Positions 26,009-39,659 of a stretch of DNA of 64,000 bases are shown here, piece by piece. The DNA lies in contig JALDZX010000002.1 of the NCBI GenBank assembly GCA_022813865.1, positions 62,001 to 126,000 on the forward strand, written 5' to 3'. Position 1 is the first letter of the stretch. Every line of letters starts with the position of its first letter. This DNA is from Xylographa opegraphella. Taxonomy: Eukaryota. The translations under genes and the position numbers were made by a program. The notes beneath the pieces are model-generated. The model was not told the origin of the DNA, searched no databases, and was given only the letters and a program-made list of their open reading frames with translations.

Positions 26009-28226
26009 GACAGTTGGTGTAGGAAATGCAAATTCCTCGGCGCCTTAGGAGTACATCAGATTGGTAGTAACAACTTGGACGGCATGCGAGAGATTTATGT
26101 ATTGAACATAGCTGAGTGAGAAAAGTTTCGGGACATTTGGGCTTCGACCGCAATAAACAAGTCCATCTGCTCAATCTGAAACGGAGGATGTTAATCCTCC
26201 GCTTCTCGGACCAACAGGATGCCGCCGCCTATACAGATGATTGCAGTGTAGGCCAGTTCCGCATCGGAAAGCAAAAGGTGCCGAATAGATCATTTCGACC
26301 ATCAGTCTGATAGGTCAACGTAGTGCGAAAGACGAACGCGGTTTGTAGTCTGGACTGAGTACTTTATGAGAACAGAAGGAGCATTGCGAGCCGAGCCAAT
26401 CATCTTTGGCGAAACATCCATGAAATACGTTGCTCCTTGGTGGTTACAGTATGTATGAACCAATTTCTGGCAACTCTAGATCAGAGGCTCATGAGAACCT
26501 CCGTCCATTGGGTCACCGCTGTTCATCCTCAACAATGCTTAGCATCGTACCTGCAGCAAAGAACATTCCGGGCTTGCAAGAACATGTCCTGTACCTTAGG
26601 CTGGTGCACAGAGCCGCAGTCCACGTCGCACGATTTTAGCGCAGCACTCGGCTACATCCCGAAGCGGAATTCAGTCTCCTTTCGGTGAGAACTGGCGAAA
26701 GTGAAAGTTGCTCCAAATGTCGTTGCAAATGTTGCCTCATCTGTGTGCAACATCGGCCACCTAGGTGTTGTCGATGCTGATTGGATATGGCCATCTGTGT
26801 ATCAAGGCATGTACCACAACCACATCATCGATATTGGCAACCTTAAAAATCCACGACCGTTCGTCCCAAGCATACGGAACCCACAACTTAAGCGTAACGG
26901 TTCCAGACAAACAGGTCAATGTCGTGCAGACGGGAATGGCCAAGAGTTCCATATCTGACTCACAGGCCCGCATATCCCCCACGATGACCTCAATGTCAAC
27001 GGCCGCATTGGTGCTGCTTCTATCATTATCCCCCTTTACTCTGCAGTCCCTCATTAGTATCTGCATCGAGTAAAAGCTACCTCTGTTTTGCCGCTCGAAC
27101 AGCTCTCCATGATAGAAGTCATACATGCTAACCTCACACCTGCATTTTGCGTTATTTACTTCAGACTGCTACAAGAGAAATGACACTTGGTCCGGGACGG
27201 GTTGAAGCAGTGAGAACATATGCCACACTGCTGTATGGGAACCCCGGATCGCATGGCGCGACGCGCGAGGGAATGGGTACAGAAACGGGCTATTACATGC
27301 AAGAACACAGAAGGAGCAGACAAGCGACAGAAGAATGATTTAGCAATCGAGCGACAACTGCTTTGATACCAGAACGTAGAAGGTAGTCATGGTGTTGCAG
27401 TAGCGTTCAAATCCTGTGTGATTGTAGCTATTTCTTGACTGGCGCTGTGAAAACGGTGATCCAATAGGATAGTGAATCGGCTCCTATGATTGATGACTGG
27501 AATTGTTGGAGCCAGACCAATGAAAACAAGACGTATGATATGTAACCATAAAAATTCCCGATGATCCTGATATGCAGCTTGACGTCAAGGAAATTCAAGC
27601 ATGAGTTTTATCCTTCAGAGTCTGGACGACCTGATTGGCTGCTGGGAGGTCGACGGACAGACCGAGCGGACGGGTGCAGATTCTGTTTAGTTCGAAGCCG
27701 CCAGGGGCCGAGAGTAATCACGTCTTATGTCAGAACTGTATCGACCAGACGCAGGGACAGGCAAAGGATCATTAACGTGCCTTTAGTACGTAGTCGAGTA
27801 AGGTAAGCATCCAGGAGATCTTCCGATGTCGCCGCCGGAGCCAACGTCTAAACTCCAGCAAATATCTTCATAACTCCGCCCACGACGAGCTCGGATCATC
27901 ATCTGCTTGGCACCGAATCATTCTTGCATTCTTACACCCGCAAACTCCGGCTCTTTCTCGGCTCAAGCCCTGCCATCGCCGCTACATCTGCCATGATCTC
28001 ATCCGCCACAGGCCCTTTCTCCGATAAGAAGTCGTCATGAAGCAAAAACTGTGTAATGTAGCTGCCGTGATTGGCGGGGCGAGCAAAGGGGCAAGCATGT
28101 TCTGCTCGATTGATTTATTAAGGCTTCCACAAAAAATATTATTCCTATCTGTTCTTCACTCTCAATCATCTTGAAAACACCACAAAATTAAAACATCACA
28201 AAACTTTCCAACACTTCCTAGCAAAT

Positions 28227-29484
28227 ATGAGCACCGACTACAAATTCCAGGGATGGATGGGCCTTGACCCTAAGTCTGTCGATGGCAATATGAAATGGCA
28301 GTCCTACGAGCCCAAGGAATGGAAGGAGACGGACGTCGACATCAAGATCACTCACTGCGGCATCTGTGGCTCGGATCTGCATATGCTGCGGAGCGGCTGG
28401 GGAGAGACTGACTATCCTTGTGTCGTTGGCCACGAGATCGTTGGAACAGCCGTTAGGGTGGGCAGCAAGGCCGAGGGTGGAATCAAGTAAGAACTACTTC
28501 CTCCACGGTACGCGGCCACCGCTGGTTGGCAGGTGACTAATGATGCTTCTCAACAGAGTTGGCGACCGCGTCGGTGTCGGCGCCCAGAGCAGCTCCTGCT
28601 TGAAGCCCGACTGTGCAGAGTGCTCCGACGGGCACGAAAACCACTGCACAAACTCAACTAACACATACGGCGACAAGTTCAAAGATGGCAGTGGCAAGTC
28701 GTATGGTGGCTACGCTGACTACAGCCGCGTACCATCCCACTTCGTCTTCAAGATCCCAGATGAGATTCCTTCCGCAGAGGTAGCACCCATGCTCTGTGGT
28801 GGGATCACTGTATTCTCGCCGCTGAAGAGAAATGGTGCAGGGCCTAACACAAAGGTCGGAATCGTAGGAATTGGTGGTCTCGGACATTTCGGGCTGCTGT
28901 ATGCTAAGGTAGACGACCCGAGTTCCATGAAAAACCTGAGCTGGTACTAAATCTGCCTATGTAGGCTCTCGGCTGCAAGGACATTGTCGCCATCAGCCGT
29001 ACCAGCGGCAAGAAAGAGGACGCCATGAAGATGGGAGCTACTAAATTCATCGCGACGGACGAAGACAAGGACTGGGCCACACACAACGCCATGTCGCTCG
29101 ATCTCATCATCAGCACGGTCTCGTCGCCCAAGATGCCGCTGATGGATTACTTCCAGCTCCTCAAAACTTACGGCCAATTCATCCAGGTCGGCGCTCCAGA
29201 GGACTCACTCGCCGGAATCAACTGCTTCGCACTGATTGGCAAGGGAATCAAGATGGGAGGATCTATGATTGGATCTCCATCCGAGGTCGGTGACTCTGTC
29301 CCATCACCACGTGAATCGTACTGACCATAAGCAGATCCGGGAGATGCTTGATGTGACTGTGAAGACGGGCGTCAAGCCTTGGATCCAGGAGCGTCCCATG
29401 AAGGATGCGAACAAAGTGGTAGTGGACATGGTCGACGGCAAGGCTCGGTATCGCTACGTGCTCGTCAACGAAGCCCATGCATAG
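28227..29484 (+). CDS. adh6: NADP-dependent zinc alcohol dehydrogenase (CAD/Adh6 family)
   Basis: CGICGSDLH, GHEIVG, APMLCGGITV, GIGGLGH and RYRYVL motifs over four exons. Confidence 0.95.
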
Positions 29485-30130
29485 GTGCATTTGTCATTCT
29501 CCATAGCCATTACGAAGCGCGTGCTGTCTTAGACCTGGGTTCGCTAGATGGACGGTGACGGTAGAGGTTACCAGCTGAATACGACTCATGATAAGACGAC
29601 CATTCAGACGACACTCGTGCCGCGATGAAATGTATCCCTGATCCTAGCATGTTTTGTCTAAATGGCAGAACGTAAACGGAAACATCAACACGCTTCAACA
29701 CATGCTTTGTGCATCCGAGCCCAAAAACCATGAATTATATCTCCCCCCCCCCCCACTCTCTCCCCTTCTGTAGAATACCTCTCCGCCATAGACCCAGACC
29801 CCTTCCTTCCTCATAGTCACCCCCCCTTCTTTTCCGCTCCCCCAAAGGAATCCCCCCTCCAGGAGCTTCGGTCCCGATTCCCGAACGACCATCCGGGTGG
29901 GCATGCCTACTTTATAACCCCGGGATCGATGAAATAGCCCTTACTGACTACAGAACCAACTCAAGAACTACCTAGATATACTCCCAAAGGGGGGGCAGTT
30001 TGAGGACGGGGTAGATATGGATTATGCAATGAGGATTTGTAGCCCCGTGCAGGGGAAGGAGGGAGGGTTGGATGGATGGCAGTGAGCGGGACAGCGCTGC
30101 GTGCTGTGGGTGTTAATAAGGGGGGTAGAG

Positions 30131-30376
30131 CATTGCCACGCGGTAGGGCGAATGCGAGACTAGAGTAGGATACGGGTTTCAGTGTCATGATACAGGGGGT
30201 AATAGGTCGTGATACAAACGTGTCTATTGCTAAGCCCGATGTAGCTATAGGAGACTCTTAATAGCCACTTGGTGAGGAGAACGCGACATTAGAATACGTG
30301 TTTCAGTCGCACGATACAAGGGGCAATAGGTCTTGTTGTCCATTGCCAAGCCTGATGTAGCCAAAGCAGACTCTCA
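30131..30376. repeat. Degenerate tandem duplication (two units of about 120-130 bp) downstream of the NUP85 stop codon
   Basis: The block tttcagt...gataca.gggg.aataggtc...attgc.aagcc.gatgtagc.a.ag.agactct occurs twice in the same orientation. Confidence 0.75.
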
Positions 30377-33300
30377 AACCTCTCCCGGATCGATCCACGC
30401 CTTGGCCACATCCTTCGCCAACCCGATGCGCAGCATACGCAGGAGATCCTCCCCCGTGGCGCCCTCTTTCATGCCGACTCTCCAATCCCAGCCTCGCTTC
30501 TCCGGAGTCGTCGTACGCTCGTGCGTCCCGTTTGTCAGTCCGTTTGCACCACCACTGTCGGAAGCATCGTTGTGGTCTTCCAACATTGAGCTACCGATGA
30601 GGGAGAAACCACTACTCGAGGTCAGGGAGCTGATGCTCTTCTTCATCAGCTCGTGTGACGAAAAGGATGGCCGAATGTCCTTCGCAGCGGCGATGGTGGA
30701 CCGAAAACACTCCTGGCATTGGTCGTAGATGCGAGGATGGACGGTCTGCAGATCTTCTATTGCCGAGAGAAGCGATAGCATTTGAGGAAGTGACAGCATG
30801 CGTGAGGATTCTGTGCGACGCTGTCAGTATGCTGACAGTGTGGGAAGAGGTTAGGGGTAAGTGAAGACTCACGATCCACGAAAATCGTTGCTTCGCCTAG
30901 CAGTGCCAGTAGGCCGTCTACCTGCACGACGGTTTGCTTCGTAGCATCATGTAAGCCTCCTTGGATACTATCCGCCGCGCTAGCAATAACTGCAAGAAGG
31001 GCAGCAGCAGCGGCCTTCCCTCGAGCTTCATTCCGAAGGCTTGGCTTCTGTCCCTCCTGTAGATTTACTTCCTCGTCTCTTAGATCGTAGAATTTCCGCA
31101 ACGTAGCATATCCACCGAGGTGGAACTGCAGGAGTTCCGCCGCTTCTGGGTCGTCTTCAGCTATCTCAAGGATGCTGTCACGAGGTGTAGTTATCAGTGC
31201 TCTCAAGGTGTCGTCGATGGCTGGTAGAGGAGGATAAGCAATAGACCGGACAAGACACAAGGATACAAGCAGATCAAGGACACCTTTGACCTTCTTTGCG
31301 TTGTGCGACTGGGCATAGAATTTAAGCGCAGTACCATAATGGTCGGAATTTTCTGCAACCGTATCGGCGTATTTCTGTGACGTGTAAGCGGAGTATATCA
31401 AGAAGACCGTCACATCGACTCACTTCAGCAATCTCACAGGCATCTCGAGGAAGACAAAGAGTTCGACATAGCTTAACGATCTTCTCTGCACGCATATCCG
31501 AATCCAATGGCAGCCTGCTTAATATTCCTCCCATATTCCTGCATCCCAGAGCAACGTCGTCCAACCTCTCCAATATCTGTATGGAGAGTTCCCAGCCCTC
31601 AATGCTGGCGTCGAGCCTGGAGTCTCGAAGAAATTCTCTCCTGAAGAGCTCCTGGGCGTAATCGACCAGCAGACCATCGCGGCTGAGGCTTTTTTCAACG
31701 CGACCATAACTCAACACCATAAGATCATTCTCATCAAAGTCGTCCATTACACCAGTCTCTGGCGATGGCTCGTACCAGCCGACCTGTGTGGCCACCTCCA
31801 TAACCGCGGCTGTTATAGGAAGTGACCATCCGCGCAACAGATCCATGACACTTTCGATGTTGCCCTCGAATATGGAGGCAAGCCCGACTTCGACAGGATT
31901 CGTGGAGTCAATCTGGAACGCATCCTCACCCGCACTATCTGTGACCTTATCAAAAGAAGTGGCAAGACGTCGTAGGTAGGCAGGCCCGGGCTCTGTGTCC
32001 ACCGAACGTGGACCACGTCCTCGCGAACGTTTCAAAGATCTTCGAGTCATCGCCAAGCTACCAACCGCTATTCTATCATCATCCTCACCATCCCACCATA
32101 CTGTAAGTGCTATTGTAGCTTCTGCCCAATCCTGAGAGAAGGATAACAATTCTGTTGTGCTTCCGAGTAAAAGACCGTACATAACCTTCAAATTCTGGTA
32201 AACAGTCCAAGGTACATTACTCTGGACTTGACGTGCCGTTCTGCTCAGGGTTTTGGATGTGCTTCGCATCCCAAAGTTCTCTGCTTTAAAAGTAGATTCT
32301 ACAGGATCTAGATCGCGATCTCTACCCTCAGCAAAGGCGGCCAGGTCTGACATTGCCTGCGCGACACGGTGGCGAAATATGCTCCACTCGTTACCAGCGA
32401 TATCCCAGTCTTCATCTTGCAATGCTGGGCATGACTGCACAACATCGATAGCTCGATTCACAACTCGGGTTACGTTGTTAAGCTGCACTCCTCGGTACCC
32501 ATCCTCAGTTTGGCCTTCTTCCTGTGCTGAGCGAGCATGTCTGAAATTAGCGTCACGGAAGATATGAACCACGTCTGCGAGTTTGCCACGTAGCACTGCC
32601 GAGAAAATGATATCCCAGAAGTTCGGATGTGCTGTTGCATTTGGATAATGGGACCTTAGATCTTTCATCGCCGTTGGATATGGATTGTGATTTTGGTCAA
32701 GCCAGTCTAGTAGAACTTTAGGAAAGGGTTCCTGTCGAGCGGCTGTACCATCTGGACGCAAGGATGCCGTAAATTGAGAAGGAAACTTGTTCTGAGGAAC
32801 TGCGAACGCCTGCTTACCCTTTGCTGGCGGAGGGTGATGAAGTTTCAACAGTAGCGAACCAAGGAAGCTTGCCATGTATAACGAAGGTTCATTTTCCCCA
32901 GGCCCGATACCTACAGAATATTCTGTAGCTGATGGTCGCCTGCTCTGGTTACAACAAGACTGCCACAATGTACACAAAGCGGAAGGGATAAAACTGAGCG
33001 CAGCACTCAAAAGTTGATTTGCATCTTGCCCTCCGGAAACATCTGGGTATAATTCGCTGACCAACTTCTCAGTCTCAATTATCAACTCATCAGACTCGGT
33101 GAGATGGCAAGGTCCAATCTGCTTCGCTAAATTTTTGGCAACAGCAGGAATGGCCGAATCCTTGTGTTTGACCAGCTGCAAATCATCACGATATGTGGAA
33201 GCATGGGAGATGCTTGTACCTCCGCGCGACTGCCTTGTACCTCCGCGCGACCGCTTCGTCCCTCGTGGAGGTTGGCGAACCATAGCTAAAAATCCGCGTC

Positions 33301-33928
33301 GTGCCCAGTTGACTGCAGCTGAGGACTGGATATCTCCCATACTTGATTCTGAGCGACTTTCTGCCTCGGAAAAATCATTATCAACTGAGTCTATTTCCAT
33401 ATCTCTATCTTCTGGATTCTGACCATCCCGTTCCCCTCGACCGCTAGATTCGTTCCCAATATCATGCTCTGAGTCTGTATAGCCTTCTGCATCACTGGCA
33501 TTACTAGTAAATGACCTTCTCCCCGGAGTAGATAAAGTAGAATGTAGACCTCGATTGCGATCAGTACCATACGTCCCTGGATTTTGAGAGCGTGGGCGTG
33601 AAGGCGAATTGTCGGTCACGCCAAAGACATGGGGCACTGCCTCACTATGAGCAAGACTGGAGCCATTTGTCTGCTGTGTCCGTGGTTTGGGCTGAAATAA
33701 GTGAGTACCGAAGCTGGCAGGAGAACTCCCGAAGACTGAGCTAGGAGGTGGACCGGCGGGAGTGAAAGATCTTGCAGAGGATGGCGGAGGTCCAGCAGGT
33801 GTGGTGGATGGGTTCTCAGCGAAGCTTGGAAACGATTTGCCTTTTCCTGCCGATTTACTTCCGCGGCTATCTGGTGTTGATGGGAGGCTCGATGAAAACG
33901 GTACAGTGAAGCCTCCAGGGCCGGACAT
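30374..33928 (-). CDS. nup85: Nucleoporin Nup85 (Y-complex)
   Basis: S/P-rich N-terminus followed by a helical region with FWDIIFSAVLRGK, SQDWAEATIALTVWWDG, GWELSIQIL and YGTALKFY; three exons. Confidence 0.82.
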
Positions 33929-34426
33929 GATGAGCGGTTGTTGGTCTTGTTCTTGTTGTTGTCGTGGTGAAAAGGTTGTGTATGAGGAAGTTAGGATACA
34001 GACATTGTGAAGCAGTGATCAAGCTTTGCAACCCCACACTCCCGGTGACTTGCGAAGAACACTGTGCCTTGACTAGGTAGAGATGTGGTGAAGTAGCAAA
34101 ATAAAGAAACCGTGAATGTGATGGGCGCGTCACAGTTAGCTCGCAATATTAACTCTTGGCATTGATGACAATTGCTCGCTAGAAATGCGTGTCACCAATC
34201 AAGAACTTCCCCCACAAAAGTTGCCCTTCTTGGCGGCCTGGTTCCCCTGGAACGGAAGCTAAACCGTGCTTCGCAGCGGGCTAATCCAAATTCAAAAGCC
34301 ACTAATTTTTGTATGTCGTGTCCCGCTGTTTACTTCGGCTATTCAATTTGTGTTGAAAGTGAGGTAGGTGGACGACCGCTACTACACTATTACAAAGTAT
34401 TCTCAGCGCTCCGCTATCCACAACAA

Positions 34427-36174
34427 ATGGACTCCACGAACCTCCAAACAGCCTCGGATTACGTGAACAACCTCCTTCTATCACGAGGCCTGCTTCGCAA
34501 TGGCACTCCCATCGCGTTCGCCAAACCCTCAAAGGCAGAGGGCGGCGCAGACGCTACGATGGCCCAGATCATAAACCTCGTCCACGACATGGTGCTACGG
34601 CGAGATGTACGAATCCTCGCTATTGCCGCAATTTCTACACGTGCTGATTAAACAGTAGCGAGAAACTGACACCCTGGCTTCCCTCTCCCACAACATGCAA
34701 ACGTTACGGTCCACAGCAGCCCAGCAATCGCATGTCATCTCTCGGCTCGAAACGCGGAGCTCGGACTTTGAGCGTCAGCTAGCACTGTCCGTTGCCCAAG
34801 AGCGCGCCGCGAAGGCCAGTTTGCGCAGTGCGGAGAACCGGAATCGAGTCCTACGAGAAGAAATGGCAAAGCTGAAGCTGTCCGTGGCGCAAATTCGAGG
34901 CCAATGTGCAAACGACATCCGAAAACGAGATGGAGAGATGAAGCGCCTCAAACGCCATCTGGAGGGAAGAAGGGGACAGGAAGGGAACAGAGCGCAAGTG
35001 GGAGTGGTGGTTGTGACGCCCGGGACAAGCAAGCCGTCAATCGGAAGCGGCATCCACAACGCGGATAAGGACACGGAGAATCCTAGCTACCCCCTCAAAG
35101 CAGAGACAAACGAGTTCCTCACACAGCTTAGCCAGAACCTCAGCCACGAGAACGACGCCTTGACCGACCTCGTCAGGACAACTCTCGCGACGCTGCGGAA
35201 TCTCCAAGGCCTGCCGGATCCGTTCGACAACGGGCCCGAAGCACCAGTAGAGAGCGACCTGAACGTCATCCTCACAATGCCACCTTCCTACGAGCGACTC
35301 GCAACCGACATGGATGAAGTGCTCGAGCAGCTACGGACCCTCCTCACCAACCCCTCATTCGTCTCCCTGGAAGAGGTAGAGATCCGCGAGGACGAGATCA
35401 TACGCCTACGCAAGGGATGGGACAAGATGGAAGCGCGGTGGAAAGAAGCCGTCACGATGATAGACCGGTGGCGGAAGCGCATGATAGACATGGGCGACAC
35501 GATCAACCTGGAAGATCTACGGAAAGGGCTGGACCTGGGTGGACCAATTGCTCCTCCGAGTGCGGAACTTCAACTGGGCAGTTCAGTGCTGGGTGGTCTG
35601 GACGACAGTCTCCTGTCAGCACCAAGTCCTCCCCAGGACGCAAGCGAAGACGAGCTTGCCGCTCTGCCAAGCCCCGATCCACAACCGCCTCATCTCTCCT
35701 CGCCAAGCAACAGCTTCGGCACCGCTCTCTTCCCAGCTCCTAGCATCCTCCAGCCCGCCAGCGGCAACCGGCGTCGCTCTCGCTCACCACGAAAGGTCTC
35801 TCCTCAAGCCGTTGCTTCCACAAGCAGCGACGCTGTCGATTTTCTCTCTGCAATCGATAGCTCTTCCTCGCCCGCGACCACCGGCTCCACTCCGTCAAAG
35901 TCCAGAGTCCATGACCGCTGGGTGCAGGTGAGATCAAGCATCGTGTGCATTGCAACGGAGAGCTAACACAGCCCAGGACAGTCCGAACGGCCGGCCCCTC
36001 TCCGTGCAGGAGAAGCTCGAGAACGCGCAGCAGGAAGCAGAGGAGGCGCAGAAGAGGCACGCGAGGGCCCGGCCCACGTCACTGAAGTCAACCTTACCGA
36101 CGGCAAAGTCGAGGCTGGGCAGACGGCGAAGCACGTTAAGCCAGCAGGAACTGGAAGAGCTACTGGGGCTGTGA
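34427..36174 (+). CDS. tinA: NIMA-interacting protein TinA-like / ADIP (SSX2IP/Msd1) coiled-coil spindle-pole protein
   Basis: MDSTNLQTASDYVNNLLLSRGLLRNG, IINLVHDMVLRRD, QCANDIRKRD and LTNPSFVSLEEVEIREDEI. Introns 34607-34658 and 35928-35976. Confidence 0.8.
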
Positions 36175-36492
36175 AAGAGGCGTCACGATGATGTCAACCG
36201 GGATCGGAGCGGGTCACAAGGACCGAGGACTCAGCAATCGAACATGTTGGATACATTGGAAGAAGCAGCTGCTAATTTTGTTGCCACGGGTGAAAACATT
36301 GAATGGACAGCAAACTTCCTGCTGTGACCAACATACCAAAACCCGTTCTGGGTATTTCAATCCTTCTGCGCTTCTGACGAGACGCCAGAATCCCATCCCG
36401 TAGCTCTGAGCAACCTTTTATGTTCATATCTGAAGCTCATGCACACCCTAGCCAGGGATCGACGCGGTGCATCATTTCATGCTGCGGTAGCT

Positions 36493-37420
36493 TTAGATCC
36501 TGCCACCAAAGTGCTCTTTAGCGTACTGCTCGCAGGCCTGTGCTGCACGTAAGCTGGGTATGCCTTTGGAAATAACGTGCGAAGTAGCTTACTTTCGCCG
36601 GCTTGCCAACCTTTTGCCCGATCACCTTCCATTTGCTTGCCTCATACTCTTTGATCGCAGCTAAGAGAGCTGCGCTCTGACAGCAGAGTTAGATTGATCA
36701 GTAAATTCCTTGCAGCGATGTGACATACCTCGTCCTCAGCGAAATCCGCATAATGCATGTCCTGCGAGTGTTAGCCGTGGGACTGCAGCGAGATAGAAGG
36801 TCGAAATAATGTACCTTGTACCAATGCTTCTTAACGCTACCCTCAGTCCGATTTGGGAAGGTCTGGCACTCCTTCAGGTCTTGATGTTCATAGTTTTTGG
36901 AGTGATGCAAACCTTGGCTATCTCATTCCAGCTATTCCCAGCGTCGCGCATCGTCTTCAGTCTCCGCTCCTCTGCAGGGGTCCATGGGGTATTGGTTCGG
37001 CTTTTCTTCGCAGTTGTCGGGCTTGTGCCTGGCTCACCGAGTTCTGCAGTTCCCGCACCCTCGGTAGTACCGCCAGGGTCGCCAGGTCCCGAGACAGATC
37101 CTGTAGCTTCTGTTGTGATAATTGGTTCAACCTGTTTGCGTTTCAAGGACTTCCGTGTGGGAGAGGTCGTCGCTGAAGCGGGCGCTGCAACGAGTTGGCT
37201 TTCGGACTGATCCATGGATGAGTCAGCTGGTATGGGGGTTCGCTGTTGTGGGAGCGGTGGTGAGGTGCCGCTCGAGGAGATCCTCGGGTGACGTCTGGAA
37301 GGAGGGGAAGAACTGCGCAGGTGAAGCCTCGACTCAGCCCAGGTTCGTCTTCATGAGAGTGAGGTTGAGCTGACGGGTGAAGCTCGGATTGAGATGATCG
37401 CTCCCCAGAACTTACGACAT
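36493..37420 (-). CDS. Myb/SANT-domain DNA-binding protein (six coding exons, 5-nt first coding exon)
   Basis: NTPWTPAEERRLKTMRDAGNSWNEIAK|TFPNRTEGSVKKHWYK|DMHYADFAEDE|...KWKVIGQKVGKPAK|ACEQYAKEHF. ATGTC|gtaagt at 37420-37416 splices in frame to 37312. Confidence 0.88.
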
Positions 37421-38277
37421 GTTGCGAAAATGCAGAACGAACTTTGCTTTTGTGGTAAAACTGGTGTCATAAGTACAAAAACGTGGTGTCTCGTGTTTGG
37501 TGATGTAGGCAGGTTCTCGACGCTGGCGGCTATTGAAGTCGACCGATGTCAATCAGACTCATCTGGCATTGGAAGTATTCGGGAATGAACCAGAATTTGG
37601 TAATCGCCATCGACTCCATGGGCAGGCGGACAACGCAACGCGGATGATCTGAGTTGCAGTGAAGGGACGCTGTTGGTTGAGTCGCATGGGCAGCATCTGT
37701 CCAGCATGGACGTATGGAGTGACGGCGTCTGCATAGTAGATTTCGCTAGGTCGGGTCATGGAGTAAGGTACTTGAGGACTGGTGAAGAACCGGGCCACAC
37801 CAGAAGTACCCATTTGCATCAGAAAAACCGGATGAGTTGATCATAGTGCTGTGTGACCTTCTGGGGGGGGGAATGCGGGGTCGGGTGGCCTCGTGCGGTT
37901 GGCTTGAGACGAAGCTTTGGAGTACCGTGGAAGTCACGATGTGGACGAACATGGCGCTCACCGAGGGTAGCAGTGTGAGCCATCTCCCAGCAACGTCGGC
38001 GATCCCAAGGCTCTGAAGGAAGATCCGATGCTGTGGTTCATAGCACGTCTAGGGAGCGGGCAGCCACAACATGACTCAATATGATGCTGTTTAGGTACGA
38101 TGGAGGTACGTCGAGACGTGGTTGTCGAGCCGGCCGCTAGAGAATGCCCGCTTTGCAAAAGCCATTAAATCCGGCAACACATACCGCCAGCTCTGATTGG
38201 GCGGGTAAACGAGAGTCTCTGGCAGCCTCCGGTGTACTGGTCTTGGCATTATAGCTTAGTCAGCGGTTTAAGACCCA

Positions 38278-38305
38278 CAGACTTGGCAGACTTGGCAGAC
38301 TTGGC
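38278..38305. repeat. 9-bp tandem repeat (CAGACTTGG)x3, each unit with GCCAAG on the minus strand (PacC-type site)
   Basis: cagacttggcagacttggcagacttggc read directly; another CTTGGC at 38242-38247. Confidence 0.8.
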
Positions 38306-39659
38306 TTTCGAGTTTCGACCAATCGAACCCTTTTCTGTTTCGATACTCTGGCCTTGTGTGGTTGCATGCCTCCTCGTCGTCAGCTTTGTAAAACACACAG
38401 TCCAAGGAGATTGCTCTATTCACGGTCTTCAATGCACGTCCCTCCCGATGCCCCGAAGAGTGCATCGGCATGAATGTTGTGCTTCTTCGGGCTTAGCCAG
38501 CACGGAATCGAAACACCAGCGCTCTCGTTCCCGCAGGATCTTGAAACAACGTTGCTACCTCGCAATGGCACTGTAATTTGGCAACGCCAATTGCGCAATG
38601 CTCCATTCATTTAAAGATCTAAGGTGGCGATGTACTCAATGCTCAACCTTCGCTGTCTGTCCACCAGCTGGGGTGCTCCATCACCCAAAATACGGAGGCG
38701 GAAGGTAACGATGTTCGTTCAGTGTGCTGAGCTTCATATTCAGAGTGTGCCGCCGTCCAGTGATAACCGGAGTAATACGTGCTTTCGCCGCCAGCATATT
38801 CATGCACGCTGTCATTGTCCTTTGATACCTTGTATCTTTTCATGCGTTTCGTGCTTTGGCGCTAGATTGGTGTCTTCGTTTGCTACCTTAACGTAGTATG
38901 GGCAGGCCTAAAGTCTCGAAACATGACCCTCGACACAACACTCCGCCACTGACAAGGTTCCTGCTGTCGCTGAGACTCCTACAGTCGGACTAAGCCAAGG
39001 CATAGCGTTCTCGAAGTCGCCACAGATCTCGCACTATGCTTCTTCGGAGCTGTTCAGGCCTTTTCTAGGCCTCGAAGCATGCGTCTCAGCTCCTATCACC
39101 ATCTCATGCGGTTTAGTGTGGAACTTTTGGCATGACCAGCAGCCCACCGTTATAAGGCTAGAGGCAAGAGTACTCGTAATCCCCCTGAGCTGAATGGCAG
39201 AAGTTTGTAGCGAGTGTACCAGGGGTTTGGTTGCTCAGAAACACGGTTTCCACCGGTCCGTGATCAAAATCATGCAAGAACGGTCATCGTCGTGGCCCAC
39301 ACGCAACAGAAGTTGGTATAGATAATGTTCTTACCCTCCATGAATAATGATGTTGCTTCTCCATTGCGACAACTTTCTTCGTTGATTACATTCTTTACTG
39401 CTCTATTCTTATCTGCTTAGCATTCCACTGGTTGGGTTGATGATAGCTGGTCTGCATATATTTTTATCACACACGACTAGAAGGAATCTCGGAAGTTTCG
39501 TGTGCCTCTTACTATCTTTGGCCAGTTTTGCTCAGCAGCCCTTTCCATCTTGGATTGTATCCTCACTAGACCCCGAGACTCTATCAAAAGTCTTGTCTAT
39601 CTTTTTCGTAAAGATCTTACCTCACGTTCATTACGGTTATCTTCGATATCGGCCCCGAT

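Noticed and set aside
26400..27400. Broken minus-strand ORFs, possible pseudogene
   Set aside because: Multiple stops and no recognisable family motif.
33213..33252. 21-bp tandem duplication in NUP85 (SRGGTRQ-SRGGT)
   Set aside because: In-frame slippage in a disordered region; ordinary.
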